The position numbers and the translations under genes are program-made. This document shows positions 8,525 to 17,097 of a DNA stretch of 32,000 nt, piece after piece. Position 1 is the first letter of the stretch. Each line of letters opens with the position of its first letter. The notes beneath the pieces are model-generated. The model was not told the origin of the DNA and did no database searches. It worked only from the letters and a program-made list of their open reading frames with translations. Source of the DNA: Nostoc sp. PCC 7120 = FACHB-418 (lineage in GTDB: Bacteria; Cyanobacteriota; Cyanobacteriia; Cyanobacteriales; Nostocaceae); contig NC_003272.1 in NCBI RefSeq assembly GCF_000009705.1, positions 4,500,001-4,532,000 of the forward strand, given 5' to 3'.

Positions 8525-8869
8525 TTACTCAAAATCCCCTCTGTTCCTTCTAATTTGTTTATGGCTGGTAGTATATTCGTCATCTGGAGTGCGGATGCTA
8601 GCTTTTTCCTTTTTCCTGTCTTTATTAGCATAATAAGGCTGGGAATTTTGAGGGCGGTCTATTCTACGTTGTTTATTAGTATAGTAAGGTCTCGAAACTT
8701 CGACTTTGTGGTTTTTTTCCCCATAATAACCAGCCGCTTCCACAGAAATTATTGGTAAGCTGATTACCCATATTAAACCTGCTAAGATAAATAGCCCAAT
8801 CTTACAAAACAATTGCTTTAAAACATCTTTAGGTTCCAACATTAGAGAAACTTCCTCGTAACTCTTCAA
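8525..8869 (-). CDS. Small hypothetical membrane/secreted protein, basic and Tyr-rich
   Basis: The 114-aa ORF has one hydrophobic segment (LFCKIGLFILAGLIWVISLPIISVEA). Short repeats follow: YYGEKNHK / PYYTNKQRR / PYYANKDRKK. I recognise no family, so coding status rests on ORF length and the TM segment only. Confidence 0.4.
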   Translation of the reverse strand: MKSYEEVSLMLEPKDVLKQLFCKIGLFILAGLIWVISLPIISVEAAGYYGEKNHKVEVSRPYYTNKQRRIDRPQNSQPYYANKDRKKEKASIRTPDDEYTTSHKQIRRNRGDFE

Positions 8870-9060
8870 CTGCTGCTTGAATATTAAGTATTCTTGCTAG
8901 AGCCAACGTCTTCCTCTAGGTTGGTTGGATATATATAAAAAGTAGTGCTGAATTAGTACTCAGCACTCACACTTAACAACTCATGGAACACAAAAAATAG
9001 ATTATTCCAAATTGACGGTTAGTAGTGGCGTGTCTAGACTAAAGTAGTGTATTAAACGTA

Positions 9061-9135
9061 GGTTAGGTTGAGCAAGGCTTTCGCCCTTGGCGTTCCCGTA
9101 GGGTAACCCAACAGGATATCGGTATTGGGTTGCTA
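9061..9135. repeat. Small GC-rich palindromic dispersed repeat (same family as 27543-27617; core also at 22921-22960)
   Basis: CGTAGGTTAGGTTGAGCAAGGCTTTCGCCCTTGGCGTTCCCGTAGGGTAACCCAAC...ATTGGGTTGCTAC. It shares CGTAGGTTG.., AAGGCTTT.GC and TTGGGTTGC blocks with the reverse complement of 27543-27617. Segment 9076-9105 is the inverse of TACCCTACGGG...AACGCC...GGCGAAAGC at 22921-22960. Confidence 0.5.
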
Positions 9136-9243
9136 CAATTTTTTCGGTATTTTGTATTGCAACATTTAAGGCTTGACACGCTAGTAGCGACTGTCTTGAA
9201 AGTCAAGCGATCGTTAACAAAAACCGGGACTCTGAACATTGAC

Positions 9244-9370
9244 GCAACTGGGGAACGCTGCGCTAGATTCTGCGGTGGCTGGTACGGGCAAAAAGACTTG
9301 TGGCTCTTGGCTAAGATGGTAGCAGCCCGCACCAGCCACTCCGCTTCGCCGCAGAATCTTCCCCAGTTGC
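9244..9370 (-). ncRNA. Long imperfect hairpin downstream of the IS110 transposase: candidate IS-encoded guide (bridge/seek-type) RNA
   Basis: There are three stacked helices: 9244-9254/9360-9370 (11 bp), 9266-9274/9350-9358 (9 bp) and 9275-9289/9325-9339 (15 bp with one mismatch). Asymmetric internal loops separate them (9255-9265 acgctgcgcta; 9340-9349 tccgcttcgc), and the terminal loop is 35 nt. The structure starts 104 nt beyond the transposase stop codon. The strand assignment is assumed, not shown. Confidence 0.3.
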
Positions 9371-9473
9371 TGGATTTCCCGTGAAGATAAAAAAGAGCAT
9401 CAAAAATTGACCCAAATGCGGCAATAGGATCATCAGGGAGAGTATTTCCAAGTATAAAAACGGTCAATTGTGA

Positions 9474-10436
9474 TTAAGCGTTGGGAATGGGTTGTAAGTT
9501 GTCAGTAACACGCCAAGGTAAATTATCCCGAACCATTGCATTTAAAATGACTAACATTTTATGAACGCAAGCAGTGAGAGCTAATTTTTTCGATTTACCA
9601 CGTTCGACAAGACGCTCATAAAAGGCCTTGATAACCGGATTATGACGCATAGCAACAACAGCACCCATATAAAGAGTGGCACGAACATGAGCGCGACCGC
9701 CATTAATCATGCGCTTACCTTTGTGTTGACCACTATCATGATTGATAGGTGCAACACCAACTAAGCGAGAAATTTGTTTGGCAGTGAGTTGACCGAGTTC
9801 TGGCAAATCAGAAACCAGAGTTGTCGAAATAACTTGGCCAATACCAGGAGTAGTTTTGAGTAAATTAACTTTTTCAATCCATTGTTGATTGTTTTGAGTT
9901 AATTGCTCAATTTCTTGATTGAGTTGTTTGAGACGTTCGTCAAGATATTCAATGTGTGCTTCAATATCTGCCAATGCTTTACCACGGGCGCGTGAGCGTC
10001 GATTTTTTTCAGCAGTTTGCATCTCAACTAATTGTCTTCGACGACTAATTAATTCTCCTAATTGACGAGATGCTTGTGACTCAATGTTTAACACTTGAGG
10101 TTTCATTGCTTCCCCAAAGTGTGCCAATATTTGTGCATCGATAGCATCTGTTTTGGCGAGTTTACCAGTGGCTTTGGCAAAATTTCGTCCTTGACGTGGA
10201 TTGATTAATGCTACTGGTAGCATTGCTGCCTGTAGTTGAATGACCAGTTCTGTTTCTAATCCTCCGGTTGCTTCTAGTACGATGAGGTTCAAATCATAAA
10301 ATTTTAATTGTTCAACTAAATTAAATATTTCTAGTTCTGTATTAGCAAACTTCAATGCTTTACCGATGGGACGGATATAAACATCGAGGGTCGCTTTGCT
10401 CACGTCAATGCCTACCCACACAGAGATGTTTTCCAT
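9474..10436 (-). CDS. IS110-family transposase (DEDD RuvC-like N-domain plus Transposase_20 C-domain), intact
   Basis: N-domain motifs are VGIDVSKATLDV, LIVLEATGGLE and KTDAIDAQILAHF. C-domain motifs are TPGIGQVISTTLVSDLPELG, VGVAPINHDSGQHKGKRMINGGRAHVRATLYM and NPVIKAFYERL. The ORF is 320 aa with no frameshift. Confidence 0.93.
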   Translation of the reverse strand: MENISVWVGIDVSKATLDVYIRPIGKALKFANTELEIFNLVEQLKFYDLNLIVLEATGGLETELVIQLQAAMLPVALINPRQGRNFAKATGKLAKTDAIDAQILAHFGEAMKPQVLNIESQASRQLGELISRRRQLVEMQTAEKNRRSRARGKALADIEAHIEYLDERLKQLNQEIEQLTQNNQQWIEKVNLLKTTPGIGQVISTTLVSDLPELGQLTAKQISRLVGVAPINHDSGQHKGKRMINGGRAHVRATLYMGAVVAMRHNPVIKAFYERLVERGKSKKLALTACVHKMLVILNAMVRDNLPWRVTDNLQPIPNA

Positions 10437-10656
10437 TTTTGAATCTCAACTATTTTGTCAAGAAGTTTTTAATTCATCCCCTTGATTTCACTCATCCTTG
10501 CCCGATGCGGACTGTATACTTTAAATGTCAGTAGTTTAAAGCTTTGACCCCGGCGACTGTTCGAGTTCTGTCAAAGAGATTGTTGTGGTGACCCATGCTA
10601 CAAAGCGGTCTTTAATGACCTAGGGTGCGACGGTCTACCACTTCTTTTAATATACA

Positions 10657-10717
10657 AGGGTGCGTCAGTGTGAGAAAACTTAGCCGTACCAAGAAATTAT
10701 TCTTACTGACGCACCCT
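10657..10717 (-). terminator. Large hairpin downstream of fbaB (possible terminator or palindromic repeat)
   Basis: AGGGTGCGTCAGT (10657-10669) and ACTGACGCACCCT (10705-10717) form a perfect 13-bp stem with a 35-nt loop. It lies 36 nt after the fbaB stop on the minus strand. No clear U-tract follows. A related TAGGGTGCGA occurs at 10621. Confidence 0.4.
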
Positions 10718-10752
10718 ACATTTTGGATATTTTTTATCTGGAAGTCCCTAAC

Positions 10753-11835
10753 TTAGGCGATGGTCACATTTGGCGACAAATAAACGTCCTGAATAGCGTG
10801 AAACAGCTTCACCCCTTCCTCAAAAGGACGCTGGAAAGCTTTTCTCCCAGAAATTAATCCTGTACCACCAGCTCGTTTATTAATAACTGCGGTGCGGACT
10901 GCTTCGGCAAAGTCGTTTTTGCCAGATGCACCCCCAGAATTAATCAACCCTGCGCGTCCGCAATAGCAATTGAGTACTTGGTATCTAGTTAAATCAATGG
11001 GGTGGTCTGTGGTTAAATCTGTATAGACTTTTTCGTGAGTTTTACCGTAACTCTGACCTGTGGCTTTGGCTACTGCACCGTAGCCATTGTTATTTTCAGG
11101 CAACTTTTGTTTAATAATATCGGCTTCAATTGTTACACCTAGATGATTTGCTTGTCCGGTGAGGTCAGCCGCCAGGTGATAATCTTTGTCTTGTTTAAAT
11201 GCGTTGTTCCGCAAATAACACCACAGAATTGTGACCATTCCTAGTTCATGGGCGCGTTTAAATGCACGGCTGATTTCTTGAATTTGTCTGGTGGACTGTT
11301 CAGAACCAAAATAAATTGTCGCACCAACAGCCACTGCTCCCAAATTCCAAGCCTGTTCTACATCAGCAAATAATACTTGGTCAAATTGATTGGGAAAGGT
11401 TAACAATTCATTATGGTTAAGTTTAGCAATGAAAGGAATTTTGTGGGCATATTTACGCGAAACACTACCTAATACACCTAAAGTTGTGGCGACAGCATTA
11501 CAACCACCAGCGATTGCTAAACGGATGATATTTTCTGGGTCAAAGTAAATAGGATTAGGTGCAAAAGATGCTCCGGCTGAGTGTTCAATACCTTGGTCTA
11601 CTGGCAGAATAGAAAGATAGCCGGTATATGCCAAACGACCTGTAGAATAGAGTTGTTGAAGATTTCGCAAGACTTGAGGATTGCGATCGCTATTTAACCA
11701 AACTCGATCAATAAAATCAGCCCCTGGTAGATGTAATAAGTCTTGAGATACTTTAGCTTTGTAAGTCAGCAAGTCTTCTGCTTCATGCCCTAGCAATGAC
11801 TCGATAGAATTAGATTCTAAGAGTGTGGTAGTCAT
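10753..11835 (-). CDS. fbaB: Class I fructose-1,6-bisphosphate aldolase, FbaB/DhnA type
   Basis: The protein is collinear with E. coli FbaB as I remember it. Shared blocks are [103 protein letters not shown] and [21 protein letters not shown] chose the ATG at 11835 because GAGGAA lies 7 nt upstream. The ORF-track start at 11859 is a TTG. Confidence 0.93.
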   Translation of the reverse strand: MTTTLLESNSIESLLGHEAEDLLTYKAKVSQDLLHLPGADFIDRVWLNSDRNPQVLRNLQQLYSTGRLAYTGYLSILPVDQGIEHSAGASFAPNPIYFDPENIIRLAIAGGCNAVATTLGVLGSVSRKYAHKIPFIAKLNHNELLTFPNQFDQVLFADVEQAWNLGAVAVGATIYFGSEQSTRQIQEISRAFKRAHELGMVTILWCYLRNNAFKQDKDYHLAADLTGQANHLGVTIEADIIKQKLPENNNGYGAVAKATGQSYGKTHEKVYTDLTTDHPIDLTRYQVLNCYCGRAGLINSGGASGKNDFAEAVRTAVINKRAGGTGLISGRKAFQRPFEEGVKLFHAIQDVYLSPNVTIA

Positions 11836-11887
11836 AAGGGTTTCCTCAAATCTGAGCAAATGATTTTGTTTTTAAGATAGCATTTGT

Positions 11888-13216
11888 CTATTTAAAACCC
11901 TTATCTACCTTTTTCGGTATCTTACCTTTTGGCTTAGATTTGTGGACTTCTGCAACCGCTTCCTGAAATAATTCATGCAGATGTATCGGCACACTAGCAA
12001 TATCCGGCAAATCTGGCTCTAAAGGTTTATTAAACTCTTGTAAAAGAGCATTCAAATCATTACTAATATTAAAATCTGGACGTTGTAGCACAGTTTGTAA
12101 AACTTTTTCCAAGGAACTTGGATACTGTTCGGCTAAACGATCCCAAATAAACGCATTAATACTTTTATTTTCCAGATAATAACGAACTAGTTTCTCAGCC
12201 CCATCAACATTTTGCCAATCTTCTGCTGATAATAAAGATTGGAATTTACTATATGTTGGTAAAAACATTTGTCCCCAACGGGGATGAGAAATAGCTGTTA
12301 CTTGTTCGGCTTTTTTCAGTTCCGCAGGTAAATCAACTTTTGGCATCACCATTTTGGTGTTACCACTTTTATTATTCAATACCTGGGAAACTATCTTGGC
12401 ATCTGCACCAGTTTCTTTAACTGCGGCTTGAATATCCTCTTCTTGAACACCAGCTTCTATGCCTAATTCACTTAGAGATTTTGTCTGGTCAATTCCTAAA
12501 GATGCCAAACGTTTCTCTGTAATTAATTCTTGAAACTCAGCAATTTTTTTATTCAGTTGATATCCAGGTAGAGTAATTTCATCACTGCCAAAGAAGTCAA
12601 GAAAATCCTGATGATATTGATATACAGAATTCCAAGCAGATTCTAGGACATCAGGCGCATCACTATAAAGATGATGCTTATAGTTTTCTTTAAAATTACC
12701 AATGGCTACAGCTAATTTTGGTTTACCCAATTTACCTAATAATGTATATGGGCTAGAAAATGTCCAATAATTATCGGTAACAGGAGAGATACGAGCTAGT
12801 AAAATCTCGCCTATTTTTAATCGTTCAATTGCTTGTAATACTTGGGAATTATTGGGCTTAATAATATAAGATTTATTCGTTAACCAATTGAGTAATTCTA
12901 AACCATCAGGTAAAATTTGAGTAATAGCAAATAAACCCATAAAACTACGATGCCAACTGTTGAGAAGATGACGATCGCTCTCTGTTAAATCTTCCTGACT
13001 AGCAATAAATAAATTTAGTGGCGACTCATCACCAACTTTTCCCTCAATCAGAAAACTATCAATGGTTAAGTCTTGCTGTGTATTATCCCCACTACCACGG
13101 CGTAACCGTTCTGCTGCATAGGTTTCTAATGCTTGGGCTATGTCACCCTCCGCATCCAGCACAAAATCCACTAAGGCTTGTTTAAGTTCGTGCGATCGCT
13201 CTAATATCTCATCCAC
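11888..13216 (-). CDS. Conserved hypothetical protein (442 aa), GTG start
   Basis: This long ORF has normal composition and no domain I can name. Its tail is basic (KSKPKGKIPKKVDKGFK). It ends 52 nt upstream of fbaB on the same strand, so co-transcription is possible. Confidence 0.7.
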   Translation of the reverse strand: MDEILERSHELKQALVDFVLDAEGDIAQALETYAAERLRRGSGDNTQQDLTIDSFLIEGKVGDESPLNLFIASQEDLTESDRHLLNSWHRSFMGLFAITQILPDGLELLNWLTNKSYIIKPNNSQVLQAIERLKIGEILLARISPVTDNYWTFSSPYTLLGKLGKPKLAVAIGNFKENYKHHLYSDAPDVLESAWNSVYQYHQDFLDFFGSDEITLPGYQLNKKIAEFQELITEKRLASLGIDQTKSLSELGIEAGVQEEDIQAAVKETGADAKIVSQVLNNKSGNTKMVMPKVDLPAELKKAEQVTAISHPRWGQMFLPTYSKFQSLLSAEDWQNVDGAEKLVRYYLENKSINAFIWDRLAEQYPSSLEKVLQTVLQRPDFNISNDLNALLQEFNKPLEPDLPDIASVPIHLHELFQEAVAEVHKSKPKGKIPKKVDKGFK

Positions 13217-13432
13217 AGGTCTATTTCTAGAGTGTAACAGTTGTAGATTAAGCTTTTCCAGAGAATGACAGCATCTAGCAATAGCTAGATTTGTAAAAAT
13301 ATATATTTAGAAAGTTGACTAAAATCAGCCATTGGTGACGAGTTGTGTTACCGTTGGCGGGGCGATGAGCAGCGTCCTAAATTATGAGCTTTTCATAAAC
13401 TAGATACAAGACATCACGCAAGGTGCTAACAA

Positions 13433-14017
13433 ATGGTTGCAACTCCCAGTTCTAGCTATATTTCCTCTGAGGAATATCTCAAAGCCGAAGAAAGCAGTTC
13501 CATCAGGCCTGCATATCGCCAGGAAACGATTGACGCAATGGTGGGGGCGAGTAATACTCATGTAGTCATCTCTCTGAACTTGGCTTCTATGCTGAAAAAT
13601 CATTTGCGTGGAAGCGGATGTCAGACTTACATTTCAGCTACCAAAGTCCATATTGAGTTACTCGATATATATTACTATCCTGATGTTACCGTCACTTGCG
13701 ACCAGCGAGATAAAGCATTTGATAACTTTCTCCGTTATCCTGGCTTAATTATCGAAGTCTTATCCCCCAATACCGAAGCCTTTGACAGAGGAGAAAAATT
13801 TGCTCACTACCGCCAAATAAAATCGTTACAAGAGTATGTACTGGTGAGTCAAAATCGCCAAAGTGTAGAGTGTTTTCGTCGCAACTCCGAAGGACAATGG
13901 GTGCTTTATCCCTACGGACAAGGTGAGGAACTGCATATAGCTAGTGTAGATTTGCGCTGTGCGATCGCTAACGTCTATGAAGATGTTACAGTTGAAATAC
14001 ATCAAGCTGCTAATTAA
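13433..14017 (+). CDS. Uma2-family (DUF820) restriction-endonuclease-like protein
   Basis: Family pattern: SSEEYLKAEE....AYRQETIDAMVGASNTH...ISLNL, YYPDVTVTCD, and LIIEVLSPNTEAFDRGEKFAHYRQIKSLQEYVLVSQ (PD-(D/E)xK-like D...E.L). This family is highly expanded in cyanobacteria. Confidence 0.85.
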   Translation: MVATPSSSYISSEEYLKAEESSSIRPAYRQETIDAMVGASNTHVVISLNLASMLKNHLRGSGCQTYISATKVHIELLDIYYYPDVTVTCDQRDKAFDNFLRYPGLIIEVLSPNTEAFDRGEKFAHYRQIKSLQEYVLVSQNRQSVECFRRNSEGQWVLYPYGQGEELHIASVDLRCAIANVYEDVTVEIHQAAN

Positions 14018-14117
14018 AGGCGATCGCAAAACAAAGCTTAAGACTTGGGAAGTTAGCCCTTTAACAGTTTAGCCTCATGAAAGCTAACTTAGTATTGAAT
14101 TGGTGAAGCGTGAGTTT

Positions 14118-14792
14118 ATGACAAGTGTCGTTCATTCTCCCTACAGTAGCGAACAAATTTCCGCTTGGTTGCGTGGATTGCTGACAATAGCTTGGGCTGA
14201 TGGTAACTTTGATGAGCAAGAAAAAGCATCAATTGCCAGCATTACACAAAATGAATTAGCCCCTAGTATCGAGTGGGATTCACTAGAAGTAATCACACCA
14301 GCAGAATTAGCCACGGTTTTGGGTAAGAATACACCAGTAGCAGAAAACTTTTTGCGTACAGCTGTTATGGTAGCGATCGCAGATGGTACCTATTCTCCCA
14401 GCGAAGATCAAGTACTGCACCAATTATGTCAAGCCTTAGGAGAACCAGAGGACATACTGGAAGCCCTACGCCAAACTTTAATAGTCAAAGAACCAACACA
14501 TTCTCTTGGGCTAGTAGCACCTCACGCCCCGCCACTAGAAGTACTTGACCCCCTGCGCCACTGGCTAGATGGCTTAGACATTCAAGACCCCAGAGTCGCC
14601 CGTTTCTTATGTAAAATGATTCCCCCCCAATGTCCCTTTGAACGGGATGTCACCCTATTCGGACGCAAAATTGTTCACATTCCCCCCTTATGTAAAATCA
14701 ACCCATTGTATGAACAACTAGTAGGGTTACGTTTCCGCGCCCTCTCCTATTTGGCAGATGAATGTAAAGAGGACGTTTCGCCTTATATTTAG
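14118..14792 (+). CDS. TerB-like N-domain fused to a Mo-dependent-nitrogenase C-terminal-like domain
   Basis: The N-terminal half has two TerB-like segments (IAWADGNFDEQEKASI; MVAIADGTYSPSEDQVL). The C-terminal half, LDPLRHWLD...RVARFLCKMIPPQCPFERDV...HIPPLCKINPLYEQLVGLRFRALSYL, resembles the cyanobacterial Mo-nitro_C family. I prefer the ATG at 14118 to the TTG at 14100. Confidence 0.72.
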   Translation: MTSVVHSPYSSEQISAWLRGLLTIAWADGNFDEQEKASIASITQNELAPSIEWDSLEVITPAELATVLGKNTPVAENFLRTAVMVAIADGTYSPSEDQVLHQLCQALGEPEDILEALRQTLIVKEPTHSLGLVAPHAPPLEVLDPLRHWLDGLDIQDPRVARFLCKMIPPQCPFERDVTLFGRKIVHIPPLCKINPLYEQLVGLRFRALSYLADECKEDVSPYI

Positions 14793-14796
14793 TTAT

Positions 14797-14902
14797 TTGT
14801 CAGTTGTCAGAGACGCGATTAATCGCGTCTGTACAGTTGTCAGTTGTCAGTTGTCGTTGGTCATTAGTTATTCTTCTTTACCCCCAGTCCCCAATCCCCA
14901 AT
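14797..14902. repeat. STRR heptamer arrays interrupted by a 20-bp perfect palindrome
   Basis: TTGTCAG x2 (14797-14810) is followed by the palindrome AGACGCGATTAATCGCGTCT (14811-14830). Next come TTGTCAG TTGTCAG TTGTCGT TGGTCAT (14837-14864), and then CCCCAGT CCCCAAT CCCCAAT (14882-14902). Confidence 0.85.
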
Positions 14903-15067
14903 CTCTACTTAAAAGTCGGTACTCAACACTGGCAAAGAGTGACTACTTAGGCGTAACCTGTTAAGTAGATCAACTAAACAAACATAAACTTTTGCTGATG
15001 CGTTACGTTGTGAAGAAGACATCATGATCAATGGAAAGCATTCCAACGAACGAATAACCAATAAGCA

Positions 15068-15102
15068 TTGACGACTGACAACTGACTACTGACAATTGAC
15101 GA
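15068..15102. repeat. Heptamer array (complement of the TTGTCAG unit) ending 3 nt before the obg start codon
   Basis: TTGACGA CTGACAA CTGACTA CTGACAA TTGACGA, then att-ATG (15106). CTGACAA is the reverse complement of TTGTCAG at 14797-14864. Confidence 0.85.
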
Positions 15103-15105
15103 ATT

Positions 15106-16134
15106 ATGCAATTTATCGACCAAGCACAAATCGAAGTAGAAGCTGGTAAAGGTGGCGATGGTATCGTCGCTTTCCGGCGTGAAAAATATGTACCCGCCGG
15201 TGGGCCTTCTGGTGGGAATGGCGGACGAGGTGGTTCAGTCATTTTCGTTGCGGTGGAAAATCTACAAACCCTGTTAGACTTCCGATATAAGCATATATTT
15301 AAAGCAGACGATGGCGGTCGTGGCGGCCCCAATAACTGTACAGGCGCTTCCGGGAAAGATTTAATCGTCCAGGTTCCCTGTGGAACCACTATTTATGATG
15401 CAGAAACGGGTGATTTACTTGGTGATTTAACTCAACCTAACCAAGAACTAATCATTGCAGCAGGTGGTAAAGGTGGTTTGGGAAATCAATACTTCTTGAG
15501 TAACCGTAACCGCGCCCCAGAATACTCGCTCCCAGGATTACCAGGGGAAAGAAAGCTGCTCCGTTTAGAGTTGAAATTATTGGCAGAAGTAGGAATTATC
15601 GGTTTACCTAATGCAGGTAAATCAACTTTAATATCATCTTTATCGGCGGCGCGTCCGAAAATTGCTGATTATCCCTTTACAACCCTCATCCCCAACTTGG
15701 GTGTAGTGCGGAAACCTACAGGTGATGGTACAGTCTTTGCCGATATCCCTGGCTTAATTGAAGGTGCAGCCGACGGTGCAGGGTTGGGACATGACTTTTT
15801 GCGTCACATTGAAAGGACACGGGTACTTCTGCACTTAATTGATGCTACTAGTGATGATGTTATCAGAGACTACAACACAATTGAGCAGGAATTGCAAGCT
15901 TACGGACGAGGTTTAAATGAGCGAATGCAGATTTTAGCGCTGAATAAAATTGATGCAGTTGATCGGGAAACTGTAGACTTAGAAGCACTAGCCATCCAAT
16001 TAAATCATCTTTCTCACGCCCCTGTGTTCTTAATTTCTGCGGTAACTCGCACTGGGTTAGAACCAATGTTACAAGAAGTTTGGGGAATTCTTGACCAAGT
16101 AAATGCTCTGGAAGAAGCAGAAGTTTTTAGTTAG
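15106..16134 (+). CDS. obg: GTPase Obg/CgtA
   Basis: The Obg fold begins [45 protein letters not shown]. GTPase motifs are G1 [10 protein letters not shown]3 DIPG and G4 NKID. Confidence 0.97.
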   Translation: MQFIDQAQIEVEAGKGGDGIVAFRREKYVPAGGPSGGNGGRGGSVIFVAVENLQTLLDFRYKHIFKADDGGRGGPNNCTGASGKDLIVQVPCGTTIYDAETGDLLGDLTQPNQELIIAAGGKGGLGNQYFLSNRNRAPEYSLPGLPGERKLLRLELKLLAEVGIIGLPNAGKSTLISSLSAARPKIADYPFTTLIPNLGVVRKPTGDGTVFADIPGLIEGAADGAGLGHDFLRHIERTRVLLHLIDATSDDVIRDYNTIEQELQAYGRGLNERMQILALNKIDAVDRETVDLEALAIQLNHLSHAPVFLISAVTRTGLEPMLQEVWGILDQVNALEEAEVFS

Positions 16135-16159
16135 CAGCAAAATAGCGAGTGGTTCGTAA

Positions 16160-16240
16160 AAAACTCTGCGTACCTCCGCGCTACCCAGCCTGCGGCTTGC
16201 CGCAAAAGCGTCTACCGCCTTCCTCTGCGTTTAAAAAATC
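16160..16240. repeat. GC-rich intergenic repeat between convergent obg and hetL
   Basis: AAAAAACTCTGCGTACCTCCGCGCTACCCAGCCTGCGGCTTGCCGCAAAAGCGTCTACCGCCTTCCTCTGCGTTTAAAAAA. CTCTGCGT occurs directly twice (16165 and 16223), with an internal GCGGC-ttg-CCGC hairpin. It belongs to the CTCTGCG/CTCGTAGAG class also seen at 22932-22945 and 24690-24720. Confidence 0.4.
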
Positions 16241-16267
16241 CCCTTTTCCCAGGAATCCTGTAAAATC

Positions 16268-16981
16268 TCAATCATGAATTGAACCATCAGGCATAATGGC
16301 TCCCTTTAGTTCAGCATCTTTCAGAATTGCTCCTGTTAAGTCTGCTCCTTGCAGATTTGCTTTTCGCAAAATGGCACTTTCCAAATTTGCGTAACTCAAG
16401 TCTGCACCTTGCAAGCTAGCCCCACTCAAATCCGCCGCTAGATTTCCCCACTGAATTGTCCGACCAAAATTTGCCCGACACAGCTTTGCACCGTCTAAAT
16501 TGGCGTGATGTAGAGAAGCCGCTCTCAGGTCAGCGTAGCTTAAATCTGCCCCAGTTAACAGCACATAGCCCAAATCTGTGCGCTGGTTGGAACTGGGACG
16601 TAAATCTGCTTGAAAGAGTAAACACCGAGAGAGATTGGCACTATTCAAATTAGCACCGCATAAACTAGCCTTGATTAAGTTCGCTTCTTCCAAACGAGTC
16701 TTGACTAACTTTGCACCTGTTAAATCTGCTTCGCGGAGGATGGCGCGATACAAATCTGCTTCACTCAAATCTATTCCCCAGAGAATGGCTTCGCTCAAAT
16801 CTGCTTCTCGTAAACAGGTGTGGCTGAAGTTGCTCTTACCAAGTCGCGTCTGACGTAAATCGGCGTAGCTCAAATCTGCACCTGTGAGGCTTGCATTTGT
16901 TAACTCTATTTCTTGCAGATTGATATGCTGAAAGTTGCGTTTGCCAGCAGCATAATGTCTCAGAATTTCACCCACATTCAT
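16268..16981 (-). CDS. hetL: Pentapeptide-repeat protein (237 aa), very probably HetL
   Basis: Almost the whole protein is A(D/N)LXX pentapeptides (ADLSYADLRQTRLGKSNFSHTCLREADLSEAILWGIDLSEADLYRAILREADLTGAKL...). The length of 237 aa and the position two genes from the D1' psbA match my recollection of hetL = all3740 in PCC 7120. Confidence 0.85.
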   Translation of the reverse strand: MNVGEILRHYAAGKRNFQHINLQEIELTNASLTGADLSYADLRQTRLGKSNFSHTCLREADLSEAILWGIDLSEADLYRAILREADLTGAKLVKTRLEEANLIKASLCGANLNSANLSRCLLFQADLRPSSNQRTDLGYVLLTGADLSYADLRAASLHHANLDGAKLCRANFGRTIQWGNLAADLSGASLQGADLSYANLESAILRKANLQGADLTGAILKDAELKGAIMPDGSIHD

Positions 16982-17097
16982 AAATAATTCAAATTAAATA
17001 ATTAATAAATTTAAAGGGTATGATACCAACTCTTTAAATTTCTTTTCTTCTGATTCTTAGCTTGTGCAGATGTCCCTGTCTAGTATTTATCACTAGA

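Larger units (their letters stand above)
9136..10620 (-). mobile_element. IS110-family insertion sequence (boundaries approximate)
   Basis: An intact transposase is flanked by about 185 bp of upstream and about 335 bp of downstream non-coding sequence, which fits the 1.2-1.6 kb size of this family. The family lacks classical terminal inverted repeats, so the ends cannot be fixed from a single copy. The element lies between two palindromic repeats (9061-9135 and 10657-10717). Confidence 0.55.

Noticed and set aside
9063-9467. A 134-aa minus-strand ORF and an 84-aa plus-strand ORF downstream of the transposase
   Set aside because: They overlap each other and have Cys/Trp/Arg-rich, non-protein-like composition. 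They read through a dispersed repeat and the long hairpin, so the region is better explained as structured non-coding DNA or RNA.
13217-13432. NtcA-type boxes (GTA-N8-TAC) in this and other intergenic regions (upstream of pknE, hetL, psbA, crtO, hemH and the hydrolase cluster)
   Set aside because: I found only imperfect matches: GTA-N8-TAT at 13293-13306 and GTA-N7-TAC upstream of crtO. None has canonical spacing plus a suitably placed -10 element, so I make no call.
14797-15102. Heptamer arrays as a CRISPR array or mini-CRISPR
   Set aside because: The units are 7 nt long and tandem, with no spacers. There are no cas genes. They match the known STRR class of Nostocales.
14758-15389. A 68-aa ORF across the heptamer arrays, and a 128-aa ORF antisense to the obg 5' end
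   Set aside because: The first is translated repeat sequence. The second is the Pro/Gly-mirror of the Gly-rich Obg fold on the opposite strand.
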